From NCBI RefSeq assembly GCF_018977255.1, contig NW_024704750.1, positions 20,956,001 through 21,020,000 of the forward strand: a DNA stretch of 64,000 nt. Reading direction: 5' to 3'. The position numbers and the translations under genes were made by a program. This document shows positions 1 to 15,900 of the stretch, one piece after another. The notes beneath the pieces were generated by a model. It ran no database searches and was not told the origin of the DNA. It saw nothing but the letters and a program-made list of their open reading frames with translations. Each line of letters starts with the position of its first letter. Within the stretch, counting starts at the first letter, position 1. Source of the stretch: Callorhinchus milii. Lineage: Eukaryota.

Positions 1-394
1 GTCTCTCCAATGGCAGACCCTGGTCAGGGCCCCCCCACCCCATAGGAGGTAAGAATATTGCTATCTTGTCTCCATGGACCTCACTGTCTCAATTATTTCC
101 ACGCTTTTTGAATGGCAGAGCACGTGACCAAAGGAATAAACGCTGGGTGTTTGATCCAGGTGGGTGCAGCTGTACCTTGGATGGATTTCTTATAAGAAGT
201 TGATCAACTTGCCCACCCGGCTCAACATGTGTTTTGGGATGTCGTCATTTGTGCGCTTGTCGCCAATAAATAGTTTGATTGAAATATTTTTGAATTGTTT
301 TATTAATATAAAGAATTCTGGTTTTCTCACCGTGACTCGAAAAAACACTTTAGTCATTGGGAGATTGGGTATAAATAACAGCTCCATGACAGTA

Positions 395-960
395 CCGAGC
401 ATTTATCTGCATTAACCTTCATTTGCCAGTTCTCAGCCCATATGCTACCCTATCAAACCCTCTTTGTAGGACCTTTTCTGCTTCTTCTTATTCCATTTGC
501 CCCAACTTGATGTCAGTTGTAAATGAAACTGTCTTACCCTGGATCTAGGAATCCAAGTCATTAATACATACGAGGAATTGGGGGTCCCAGTATGGATCCT
601 TAATACCTCTCCCTGTTGTGTCTTTGCTACTCTAACAAAGACCCTCTCTTTCCTTCACTTCAGCCATTTCTGAATCCACATCCATGTCTTGCTCTGGATA
701 GTCTTAGGCAAACTTCTGGAAGTCTAGATAGACTGTATCATATGGCTTCCCATAGTCAATTTGGGCTTTCCTCAAAAAATCTCAATGAAATTGATCGGAA
801 AAGACTTACTGTTTCTGAACCCATGTTGGCTGGCAATTATTAGATTATTCTATATCGATAATCTTCCACTTCATTTCTGATGATTGTCACCATCATTTTC
901 CAGTGATTGAGGTTAGGCTGATAGCTCTATAATTGTCAGGTTTAGTTTTGCTGTCAGTGC
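395..960 (-). mobile_element. Degenerate CR1-type LINE reverse transcriptase fragment
   Basis: Minus-strand translation pieces SQHGFR, GSILGP, INDLD and WAENWQMKVNADKC, broken by stops and frameshifts. Confidence 0.7.
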
Positions 961-2189
961 AGGATTAGCTTCTTGAAGGTGCTTGGAATTTTCATGTAAA
1001 ATGGGGGCACTAAACCTCGGGCTTCTCTCCTCCATCACAAACCGACTCCTTTGCCCACCCTTTCACGCCTCACCCATCCTTTCCTCCATCTCCAACTGCG
1101 AGGAGATGCTGGACCTCATCGAGTCCAAAATCGAGGGGTTCTGCACAGCTGCCTCTCCCCACCTCCCCGTCACACTCTTACTTAGCAATAAGTAGGAACC
1201 TGGTTGTTAGTTGATTGATGGATTGCTTTATTAAATTCATTTATCTATTAGATTTCATAACAGCAGAAGCAGAATTTAAGTATTATTAAACTTTAAACAT
1301 TTCAAAATAAAAATACATCAGCTAATTCTTGGTCAAGCGGGTGTCCAACACATACAGAAACACATCACCATGTTTACACGTATCCAAACTAGACTGAGGC
1401 TTCTATGCATCCCACCTACACATGGAGATTACTGTGTCTGGAATGGAATAGGCACTCGCTCCCTGGAGAGATGTATTCTTCTTACCTAATTCCATATGGT
1501 ACTAAGCATAGGCTGGCAAGAGTCAAGGTCTAGGGACCCTAGAGTGTAAGGATGAACTGACTTAGTGCACTAAGAGTTTACTGATGTTAACTTTGAGAGT
1601 TAGCATAATAATATTAATTCTTGTATTTGATATAGCGCCCTGCAGTGTACCACAAATAGTCGTAGATTGGGTGACCACATTTTTGGGGGAGGGATTATTA
1701 TCCTCAACAAAACAAGTACCTGGTTTGAACAATAAGTCTAAAATCTAATTGAGACCCTGTCCACATAATGGACCACTCCTATCAGATGACAGACTGATTG
1801 GGTTTAGTGATTTATGACTTTTCACCATTTCATTTTTTAAACACTTTTGACTGTTTTCTGCCTAATAACTTGTATGTTATGTGGGCACATGCACAATTTT
1901 TCTAACCTCTGCTTCAGGTACTGCAATGGGATCTTCCAACTATGCAGTTTCACATCTGCAATCAAAGACACAATACAAACTCAAGGTGTGTAGAAGAGGC
2001 ATTGAAAAGGTTGAGAGAACAGCAGATGATAGGAGTAAAGCCCAATAAAACAGAGAAAAGATTTTACAAATCAACTTTGATGAGGTGAGATATTAAGGTG
2101 TCTTAGTAGGAGAAGGCTACAAGCCATGTTATATGTCAAACAACTTCGTCCATCCTGATAAAAATATTAATAATATGTAAAGAACCTGC

Positions 2190-5201
<3,012 letters not shown>

Positions 5202-5265
5202 TGTTCTCTCTGGTCTTCAGGTGGAATCCCTAACTAATCCTGAGAAAACATGATTTTAGGTTAAA

Positions 5266-5408
5266 AACAGAAGTTGCTGGGAACACACAGCAGGTCAGAC
5301 AGTATCTATGGAGAGAGAAGAAAGTGAGTTAATGTTTCAGGTCAATGATCCATCAACGTCTGTTTTCATTTCACATTTCCAGCATCTGCAGTATTTTCCT
5401 TTTTGGGG
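5266..5408. mobile_element. Penelope pLTR-derived fragment with a 12-bp flanking duplication
   Basis: Matches 8960-9085, partly inverted. TTTTAGGTTAAA occurs at both 5254-5265 and 5409-5420. Confidence 0.6.
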
Positions 5409-5583
5409 TTTTAGGTTAAACGTCTTTAAAAACACAAGTTGGCATTGTTATTGCTGATAATAAAATAAAGCAAATACTGTACTTATCTATAATTCACCAA
5501 TGTGTTTAACAACAGCCTGAACCTGGAACAAGACATAAATTACAGAAACCGCATGCAGCCAATACAAACTATAAAGCTAACAT

Positions 5584-5898
5584 TGGAGTCCTGTAGCTCA
5601 GTGATTAGAGCACTCGCTTTGCAAGTGAGAGACCTGAGTTCAATTCCAGGCAGGGCGAAACCTTGGGCAAGTTTCCTTACTCCACACGCCTAATAATAAT
5701 CCTCCAAAAAAAAACAATAATAAATGTCATTTTCAATCTACGGCTGTTGTGGGACATGCTGTGCGCAATGGCTGCCGCGTCGCCACAAATATACAGTCAA
5801 TTCACTTTACAGTGTGTTCTGTGAAGCGCTTTGGGACGTCCTCCCGACGTGAAAAGCGCTATATCAAATGCAAGGATTATTATTATTATTATATTATT
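5584..5898 (+). mobile_element. tRNA-derived SINE (dominant family)
   Basis: GGAGTCCTGTAGCTCAGTG A box, GAGTTCAATTCC B box, L2-type tail and (TTA)n. Confidence 0.85.
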
Positions 5899-6064
5899 AT
5901 AACATCACAAAAACAGCCATTTAGGAAAATTGGGAAAAATCATCTTTAAAAGAAGTACATATTTACTGGAAAAAAATAACTCAATGTGAATTTACCAATG
6001 AGGAAGTCTTTCAGTGTTTCAGTTTTTCAAAGTAATTTTTTTCCCCCAAAAAATTAAAACTTAC

Positions 6065-6177
6065 ATCAATCCTTCAAAGTTCCCACAGTGATATTCTTTT
6101 CTATTCAGTGTGGATCAGATGCTCTGCACTGTGACAAGAAGCGCAGAAAGTATGACCTGAAACTTGGGGGTTTTATT
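6065..6177 (-). promoter_or_regulatory. Probable non-coding first exon/promoter of EEF1AKMT3-like copy 1
   Basis: The first coding exon has an acceptor (ttttctcag, 5240-5242) before the ATG. A GTAAGT donor lies at 6064 on the minus strand, with an AATAAAA TATA-like element near 6171-6177. Confidence 0.4.
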
Positions 6178-6844
6178 GCTTAAAATCCCACAGAAATTCT
6201 CCTCTGCTATTTGGACACCGCGAGAGTATGAATGGTATGATAGAGTTGTTTTAATGTCCTGCACACGGCCAGGATGAAATGTTCAAAGCCATTAAAGCAC
6301 ATTTTGTGCTTCATAATTACATGTTAAAGTACGAGGTGTTGATTGCGGGTAAATGGGGGTGAAGGGGTCTGTATGAGTGGCTCTTTTAAAGAGCCAGCAC
6401 CAACATGGGTCACATGGACTTCTGCCTTTAAATCTCAATAGTTCTGTAGGTCTAAGGTCCCACACTGGGCTCTGTGAGCCTATCACCCCCATCCTCCACT
6501 GGCTCCCCAGAGGATCAAGTTCAAGATCCTAGTCCTCACTTTTAAATCCTTCCATGATCATGCAGCTCTGGGACCTCCTCAAACCATATAAACCCATCCA
6601 CTCAGCGATCACCGGCTTTGAGACATCTCAACAATCTGTAGAGGTGGTATATTAAGTGCAAGGATTATTATTATTATGCATACTGTTATTTTTTACTGTG
6701 GGAAGAATCCTTGCCCCCAATTCGCCCCTCACGTTCTGCTGACCAATCAGGTTAGTTGATTTATCAGAGGTTGCCTTGCAGTGCCCCCAGGGCGGAGGTA
6801 TGCAGGACTCCTTGGGGCTGAATTGGCTCCAAGTTGATGTTTTT

Positions 6845-7178
6845 ATAATAATCCTTGCATTTAATATTGCAGAATATACGGTGAAGTGAATTGACTGTAT
6901 ATTTTGTGGCCGAAATGCGGCAGCCAATTGCCCACAGCAGCGTCCCACGAACAGTCATGGATTGAAGTGACCAAATTATTATTATGATTATTATTATTTT
7001 TGAAGGAATTATTACCCTCATAAAAGCGATCTGCCAATCAACTAACAACTGGGTTCCTACTGCTAGGTAAGCAGAGGCGAGTGGAGTGAGGAAACTTGTC
7101 TAACATTTCACCCTGCCGGGAATTGAACCCAAGTCTTTCGCTTGTTAGGTGAATTCTCTAACCACTGAACTACACAGA
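6845..7178 (-). mobile_element. tRNA-derived SINE inserted into an unclassified repeat
   Basis: Reverse copy of the dominant SINE. The flanks 6780-6840 and 7180-7600 are collinear with 46020-46590. Confidence 0.75.
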
Positions 7179-8148
7179 ACGTGGAAATCTAATTCCCCAC
7201 CCAATGTGACAGTCTCTAGTCCGGTTCCTGAGCCAGACAGGTCCGCAGTATTCCAGGGCACTGCTGATGACAGCACAGTCCAGCTTGGCTCATCGGCAGG
7301 ACCTGGAAGGGCAGATCAGTCACTATGGGCAGGAACTCTTCCCAACCAGCTTCATTTAACCCTGCAAGCCAAAGCCCTAACAGGTGGGATGGTCCTAGCT
7401 GAACAAGCAGCAGGAGTGGACCAGACAATGATTTTAATAGCAAACTGTACGGTTTTAGCTGGTTAGACTCCAACAGTATCCAGTAAACAGTCTGGGGTCC
7501 CCATGCCTTGGCACTTGCCAACCGACATCTAATCATCTGAAATTAGGGTAGCAGGTGTCCTTCCAGGGAGAGAATTTGATGCTGGAATGCCCAGATGTAG
7601 GAGGCAGATGTAGAAATCTCAAGCTGGTTTGAATACTCTCAGGCAGAGTGTTGGCTTTTGCTGGCTCATCGTATTGTTTTTGGGAGTGCTGCAGATCTGC
7701 ATCTCAGGAGGGGATATCCTTCAGGTTTCTAACATTTCCTTGTCATTTTGGAGCCAATTAGACAAAAGGAGACCCCAAATAACTCCCAAATCACAACTGA
7801 ATCGTATTTATGGTCACCTCCCCTCTCGCCCCAGCACAGCATCAAGCTCGGCACTGTTAAGTGCTCCGATTTGCTAAATCCAAATTGTTGTCCATTGTAG
7901 GAATATTAAAGCTTAAAGCATATTAAAGAGTATGAAAGTTGTCTTAAAGAGAATTCTTAATAAGTAGTTCTAACCTTACCCCAGTTGTTACATTGTAGTA
8001 CAGTAAAACAAATCTGGAACATTGTGCATTGGAACTTTTCTGGGTTAAGACGTGAAACAGTGACTACAGAATAGATGCTCGTCTGACACATTCGAAAAAT
8101 ATTTCCAAGTTGACTCTCACAAGTTACAAATTATTTATTACACATTAT

Positions 8149-8510
8149 GTGGAGTCCTGTAGCTTAGCGGCTGGAACATTCGACTCGCAAGCGAGAGGAT
8201 CTGGGTTTGATTCCCGGGCATGGTGAAACTTTGGGCAAGTTTCCTTGCTCCACATGTCTCTGTTTACCTAGCAGTAAGTAGGACCTGGTTGTTAGTCAAT
8301 TGGCCGATCGCATTTCTGGGGGTAATAATTCTTTAGAAAAATAATAATAATTATTGGGACATTATCCTGAAGTGAAAGGCGCTATACAAATGTAATTTTG
8401 TTGTTCTTGTAATTTGGTCACTCAATCCACGACTGTTTGCGGGACACTGCTGTGCGCAATTGGTTGTCGCATTTCGCTTGCAAACTTTGCAGTCAATTCA
8501 CTTTACAGTG
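8149..8510 (+). mobile_element. tRNA-derived SINE (dominant family)
   Basis: Head GGAGTCCTGTAGCTTAGCGG; body as in the other copies. Confidence 0.8.
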
Positions 8511-8544
8511 TGTGCTTTTTGCCACATACCGTAAAGTGAATATT

Positions 8545-9090
8545 TGTCCGCTTTCTTGCCACTTCAACTCTCCCTCCCACTCGCACTCTGACCTCTCCAT
8601 CCATGGTCTCCTACACTGTTCCAATGAGCCACAGCCCAAGCTCGAGGAACAGCATCTCATTTATCTGCTAGGGACCTTACCTCAATATTGATTTCAACAA
8701 TTTCAGACCATAACTGCTCACTTTCCCCCCCCCCCCTCTTCCCACATCATCTGGGTCCCCACCAAACCTTTTCTCTCTCTCTCTGGTCGGTCTATTTGGT
8801 TGCAATTTTTCCCCCATTGTTTTGCATCATTAACACATCTGTAACCCATCATCCCCTGACCTCTACACCATTTTCTCCTTTGTCGTACTTGCCCTGCCTC
8901 CCCCTCTCTGTTAGCCCTTAAAAGCCTCTCCCACCCAACGTGCCCCAGTTCTGACAAAGGGTCGTGGAACCCAAAACATCGACTCACTTTCCTTTCTCCA
9001 TAGATGCTGCCTGACCTGCTGAGTGTTCCCAGCGACTTCTGTTTTTGTTTCAGATTTCCAGCATCTGCAGTATTTTGCATTTGCTTTCAT
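8545..9090 (+). mobile_element. Penelope-like element 3' end (GIY-YIG C-terminus plus pLTR)
   Basis: Translation HFNSPSHSHSDLSIHGLLHC...KLEEQHLIYLLGTL is typical of the Penelope endonuclease C-terminus. It is followed by CTGACAAAGGGTC...CCCAAAAC...GATGCTGCCTGACCTGCTGAG. Confidence 0.75.
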
Positions 9091-11199
9091 TATTTTGCTT
9101 CATTTTTACTAAATGTTGGGTAGAATGTTCGTGACAAAACCAATAGGGACTTGAGACATAGTGACTCTCCACAGGAAGTGATAAGACACTGTATCAAATG
9201 CAAGGGTTATTATTATAAGACTAATCAATATTTCCCCTCGGATCAGAATAAGATTAATATCCAAGAAAACAATATAAATATTGAGTTTTGTATGTTTCTC
9301 GGTTGGAGTTACAACCTAACAGATCAAAGTTTTGTTTTGAATCCGATAAAGCATAACATTTATGCCAACCTCTCCTCTTCCGAAAGAGATTGTGCGAATA
9401 TATGCCTTGTTTACTGGGTGTAAGCTGAAAAGAATTTTAATTTAGACTACATTATCCTGTGTTCAGATATTGAGCACTCCACCTCTACCTATAGAATACT
9501 ATCGCTGAAACTGCAACATCTCAGTAGCAATATATACATAAAATAAAATAAAAAATAATTTGGTCACCCAATCTACGACTGTTTGTGGGACGCTGAGGTG
9601 CGCAATTGGCTGCCGCGTTGGCCCACAAATATAGTCAATTCACTTTACAGTGTGTTCTGTGAAGCGCTTTGGGACGTCCTCCCGACGTGAAAAGCGCTAT
9701 ATCAAACGCAAGGATTATTATTATTATTAAAGTGAAGGTATCAGCGTGCACAAATTAACTCTAAAAAATAAAGTGATGGACATCAGAATCGATAATGAGA
9801 ATCTTAACTAAATCTTGAATTGATTTACAACCAAGTGGTACTATGTGTCTTATTCTGAAATCTAATTGACTTTCGGTTCCTCATTCAGACAATTATGTCA
9901 CACATTTATCTGCCCCAGTTCCTCTGTGTCCAACTTCATATCGCACCTGAGGTCTTTCTTTTTCAACCATGCCTTCGACCTACATATTCTTTCGCGCTCG
10001 GTGTCAAATGCAAAATGTTGTTATTGTCCTCCCACAGGAACAGTGAAATAAAGTTATAGTTAGCAATGTATTAAATTGTGTTCTATATTGTCTCCGGTCT
10101 CCCAATTTTCCAGCACTGCACATTACACATGCCCATTGTATGGATATCTCTGAGTGTTGTTAATTCTGTTTTATATCAGCCATCTAATATAGATAATACT
10201 AATACCTAAATGCTTCACATTTCTGCTGCAACAAACGTGCTAATAATATGAACAAATCTAAAGTAATCTCGAGAGACATTAAAGGAGTAACAGAAGAGGA
10301 AGTGCAGAGACATATAATTTTCATTTCACTATGACAATAACCAGAGGACACAGATTTAAGATTAGAAAAAGACCCAGAGTGGAGACAAGGAGAATTGTTA
10401 CTGTCTGGAATGCACTGCCTGGCAAAGACTTGGTGGAATCATCACCGCATCATTCCCTCCTTACCTCGTTCAAGAATGACTTACTACTGGATGTCCTCCC
10501 ACTATGAAAGATGCTGTAAATATGCAAATTTGTATTGCATTATATCGCCTAATGCTGCGCAAACTCTATTCATGTATGGGTCACTTCCTGCCTGGAGATT
10601 ATAAATGCTCTCCTCGCGATCTTCTCATCTACAATATTCACACATAACAGCTAATCCCAAACTCCAATCCCTGCAGCCTCAGATACATGAAGCTTTGTAA
10701 TCACATCATTCCCATCCTCATCACGCTCCACTAGCTCAAGATCCTCACTCTCACTTAAAAATCTCTTCAAGCCATGGCACCTCCCTACTTCTGTAACCTT
10801 CTCCAGCCTCACTCTTCTGCTCACTCCTCTGCTCAGCAAATCCAGGTCTACCGCACGTTCTCATTCGCCGGTGCCAGTATCTGGTTCAACCTCCGACACT
10901 GTCACCTTCTGGAACACTCACCCTCAAACAGTAGTACCACTATCTGTCTTCAAACGCATCCTAAATATCTGTCTCTGGTCATTTCATTCCTCCCCCTCCT
11001 CCACCCTCTACTCAGTAGGTCCCGTATCATTTGTGTCTAATGCTCCAATGTTACACTAGGCCAACACTCACCCCAAATAAAATCAGTTATTTATTGCACG
11101 ATTTTGTGGTAAATTGCGGAACCCAAATTAGCTGCCTTGTTCGTGTACGTTCTCAGGCTGTTGGACCTTGCTAAATGTTACATATTACAATCTTTTTTC

Positions 11200-11955
11200 A
11201 GCCTGGCTAAGTTAGTAGCACTTTCCTCTCTGAATCTCAAATGCTCAAGCGATGGGTGGAATTTTTGAACACAGGCTACGTTGATACTCCAGTGCAGTGC
11301 TGGAGGACAACAACAACAACAACCGCAAAATGACATTTATAGAGCACCCTTCATGTCAGGAGGCGCTGAAGATTCATTCTTGGGGATGAGAAGTTTAAAC
11401 ATGATCCCGTCTGCCTGATCAGAAGAACATTAAGTATCCGATCAGCTATTCAAAAACAGAAGAGAGTTCCTCTCGTGGCTAGGTTTTCCTGGCCAACAGC
11501 TCGCCAGATAAATTTGGCCATTCACTTCATGACTGATTGTGGTTGAGAATGTTCTCCCAACTTGAAAGGCGCTCTATCAAACGTTAGGATTATTGTTATA
11601 TACACGTGTGCTTTTATTTGATGTTTCTCAGGATTCACAGTAAACTGTAGTGACTGTGTATTTGTACACAGGCACGGCAGCCAATTTGCATTCCGCAATG
11701 TACCACAAAGTCGTGCAGTAAATAACTGATTTTATTTGGAGTGAGTGTTGGCCAAGAAGCCAGAGAAACTCCCTTCTCTTTTCTTTTCTTCTTGTTGTGT
11801 GAACTGAACAGGGAGACAGGATCAGCACCCCGGCAATGCAGCATTCCCCCAGCAGGTGATATGTGTTCCCTAACTATAAACCAGACAATGTCCTGAAGTT
11901 GGGCTTGAACCCACAATATCCTGACTCAGGCGAGAGTGCTACCAATTGAACCAGG
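11200..11955. mobile_element. Two degenerate SacSINE1-like DeuSINEs, tail to tail
   Basis: CTGGCTAAGTTAGTAGCAC head and GATGAGAAGTTTAAAC...CCCGTCTGCCTG Deu-type segment (+); reverse copy at ~11600-11955. Paralogous sequence at ~20855-21560. Confidence 0.6.
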
Positions 11956-12865
11956 ATGAAGCATTGAAGATCTTAAAATCGTGGACAAAGTGAACATGAA
12001 GATCTGTATAACATAGTCAGCAACTCTACGATAGGCAGACACTGATTCAGAGAAATGATGAACAGACAGTTTCCAATTAATTACTGCAACCAGAGAGTGG
12101 TGAATGTGCTGACTGCATTGCCCAAAGGAGGGAACGAGGCCACGTTGTGGCAGAAAACCCAAGAGGGCAGCTATTTGGCAAAGAAATTGGATGAAGGAGT
12201 TGAGAGTTCAAACCGTGTGTTGCACTTTTTATGTTGCATCTTAGAACCGTAGACTACAAGTTGTACACAGAAAGTGGGCTTTTGACTCATCAGATTTGCA
12301 CAGGTCTTTGCTCATTCATTTAAGACACCCATTCTAAATCCAATCCCTACTCTTTCCCCATACCCTCCAGTGCCTTTTATCTATATGTGGTTATCTAATT
12401 CTTCTTTAAATCCTCACCATTGACCCTCGTCCCCTCTGCTCCACCATCGGTGGCCGTGCCTTCAGTCACTATGCTCCGAAACGCTGGAGCTCTCTCCCGC
12501 AATCTCTCTGCCTTGTCCCTTCCTGCCCCACTTTCACATTATGCCTAAAGACCTTCATTTTTGATCATTCTTCCAGTCACCTCTCCCTGCCTCTCCCCCT
12601 GACTCGCGGTCAGACTCTGTCACTGTGAAGCGCTCCAAGTTGCTACCCTGCATGAAGGGCGCTACATAAATGTAAATGTTGTTGTTACAAAACTACACCA
12701 AATTCTGAAGCTGACAACCCTCTGCGGGGAATATTTTTCCTAATTATTCACGTTTCTATTTTAAAACGGTGCCAAATCCATGTGACCTTACATCACGCGA
12801 TGAACCTGTTGGTTGATTAAGCAACTTTAGCTTAGATAATTGTCCCCACAGAGATTTCCCCGCGG

Positions 12866-12871
12866 TATAAA
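12866..12871 (+). promoter_or_regulatory. TATA box of GPCR copy 1
   Basis: TATAAA 77 nt upstream of the ATG, conserved in the duplicate at 22806-22811. Confidence 0.55.
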
Positions 12872-12942
12872 TGAAGTTTTCAATGTATCTGCCAGTCACA
12901 GCAGCAAGTTATCTTCACGTCCTGATCGCGTATTGACATACC

Positions 12943-15900
12943 ATGCAATACCCCTATAACCTGGTTCATGTACCAACAATATCTGAGATTGAAGTCGTTT
13001 ACTATCCGATGCTTGGAGCTGTTGGGATTTCCGGTACGTTGCTTTTAAAATCTCTCTGTAATATTGTATTACAGTTTAAGAGTGTTATCCATTATTATTT
13101 TTATTTATCATTGTTTGCATTATCTGTTGCACAACCACCTATTTTGTACTGCTCTCCCTTTACTCACTTGCATTACATTCTGCTGTCCAGATTATCACTC
13201 TCACCTGAGTCAGTAGGTTATGGGTTCACGATGGTGGGTTCCAGTGTTGGTACTTGGAACTCATATAGTTTAAGCTGATGCTCCAGTGCAGCAGTGGGGG
13301 AGAACGGGGTGGGAGTTTGGGTCTGCATTGTCAGTGGTGCCATCCTTCAGATGAGACGTTAAACCAAGGTCCCGTCTGCCTGTTCAGGGCGACGCTAAAG
13401 ATCATGTAACTATTTGAAAAAAGAAGGGAGTTTAATAATAAAAATAATCCTTGCATTTGATATAGCGCCTTATCACTTATTTGAGACATCAGAATATAGG
13501 CGTGTCTAAACAGAGGTGTGTGGAGTAAGGAAACTTGCCCAACACTTCACCCTGCCGGGAATCCAGCCCAGATCTCTCGCTCGAGTGCTCTAACCACTGA
13601 GCTGTAGTTACTCTCCCGGTGGCCTGACAAACAATCCCAATAAAATAGGTCACTCACTCCATGGCTGCTTGTGGGACATTGCTGTGTACATATTGGCTGT
13701 GATGTTCACCCACAAAAACAGTCTCCACAATTTGCTGTGTATCCTGTGAAGCACTTTGGGATATCCTCCTGACATGAAAGGTCCTCCTGACATGAAAGGT
13801 TCTGTACCAAATTTAAGGATTATATCAATTGGGCTTACACTGAGGTACCACTCACATCTCTGATCCTGAAGATTGTGGGTCCAAACACCATGACAGGACG
13901 GGAGTTAATAGTTCAGGCAGACACTCTGTTGCATTACTCGGGGAGCATTGGAAGTGCCGTCCTTTGGATAACATAAGACCGAGATCTGATCTGCCTCTTC
14001 CTCAGGTGGGCATTGAGAACAACATCAACAACTTGCATTGATAAGGTCCTTCATGTGGGGTAGCAACTTGGAGACTTAACAAGGGCAGATCCCGGTGCTG
14101 AGCTGTGGATTGGTGGGAAATGAGCATAGGTACAGTCAAAGAGGAAGATCTTCAAGTGTGATCTGAAGTTGGGAAGAAGGAGGCAAGCCTGAGAGATTGT
14201 GGATTGTGGAGTCCTGTAGCATATTAGTTAGAGCACTCACCTCGCAAACTAGAGGACTAAGGTTTTATACCGGGGCAGGGCGAAACGTTAGTCAAGTTTT
14301 CTTACTCCACACGCCTCTGTTTACCCAACAGTAAGTAGCAACCCAGTTGTTAGTTGATTGTCAGATTACTTTCTAGGGTTAATAATCCCTTCAGAAAAAG
14401 TAATTTGGTCATTCAATCCACAACTGTCTGTGGGACACTGCTGTGTGGAATTGGCTGCCATGTTTTGCCCACAAAATATACAGTCAATTAACTTTACAGT
14501 ATATTCTATTAGGCGATTTGAAATGTCTCAATAACGTGATAAGAGCTGTATCAAATGCAATGATTATTAAAATTATATTTATATATTAAAGAAGAGTTCC
14601 ATATTTTGGGGGCGTAATGGCTGAAAGCCTGGCTGCCAATGGTTGGAGTGGAGGGGATGAGGGACAAGCAGGAGGTTGGGGCCAGCTGAGCGGAGGCGTT
14701 GGGTGGAGCAGTGGGGGTGAGGAGGTATAATATGACACCAGGAAAGGAAAGGGAGTTTCTCCTTGTATCCTGGACAAGAACCTCTCAAATAATATTGACC
14801 ATTCAATTAATTTGTGCAACCTTGCTCTGCAAATTAGCTGTGCGTACAAATTCTCTACGACAAAGTGCATTTCGGGCAGAATCCATAAATTACTGTCCTT
14901 TAATTGATTTTGAAAGATGAACTGTTATCATCACTCATCTTAAAGAATATTCTGCATACAACCCTACATTGTATTTGTGTTTGAACCAGAATATTACGTG
15001 AGTGAATTATAATCCTTCTACTTGATGTGAAGCAGTGGAGTCCTGTCGCGTAGTGGTTAGAGGGTTCGCCTCACAAGCGAGAAGACCTGAGTTCAATTGC
15101 CGGGCAGGGCGAAATGTTGGGTTTCTTTACTTCGCATGCCTGTTTACCTAGCAGTAATTAGGAACCCAGTTCTTAGTCGATTGGCGGATTGCTTTTCCGG
15201 GCGTAATAAATCCTTCAAAAAAAATAACAATTTGATCACTCAACCCACGACTGTTTGTGGTGCGCAAATGGCTGCTGTATTTCGCCCACAAAATATATAA
15301 TCAATTCACTTTACAGTATATCTGTAAAGTGCTTTGAGACATCGCAAGGATAATTATTATAAACAGCAAAATGTCTCAGTTGCTGAAATGTTAGTTTTGA
15401 CTGTATTTGTATTTATCAAAAGTGGCACCGAATTTGGGGCTCAATGACATTCCACAAACAGCTATGAAGTCAATACCTATACATCTGGAGGATTATTGGC
15501 CAGGACACAAGGAGGAAATCTCCTCAGCTCTCGAATAGCCTCTTACGATCTTTCACATTCACCTGAACAGGGACAGCATCTCTGTTTCACACTCCAATAG
15601 TTACCCCATATACTCACTCCTCAAGCCTTGGCTCCTGCCAACCTGCGCCTAATACTCTACAGGATTAGGTGAGGAGATTGGGTCCCTTCAGGTAGAGAAT
15701 GCACATTCCATTCCAACAATCTATCCCTGGGATTTCCATGTGCAGGTGGGGATCTATGCAAATCTGTTTGGTTTGGATACTCTTAAGCATGCTGATGGGT
15801 TTCCACAAGTGTCAGACACTCGGGTGAGCAAAAAAAAATTGGAGGGAAGAGGTCTGGAGTTTAGGAAATTATTGGAAGGAGCGAATAACTGGCGCTGGAG

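Noticed and set aside
5584-5660. tRNA-Ala-like gene (and similar heads elsewhere)
   Set aside because: These are SINE heads: each continues into the SINE body and the copies are degenerate.
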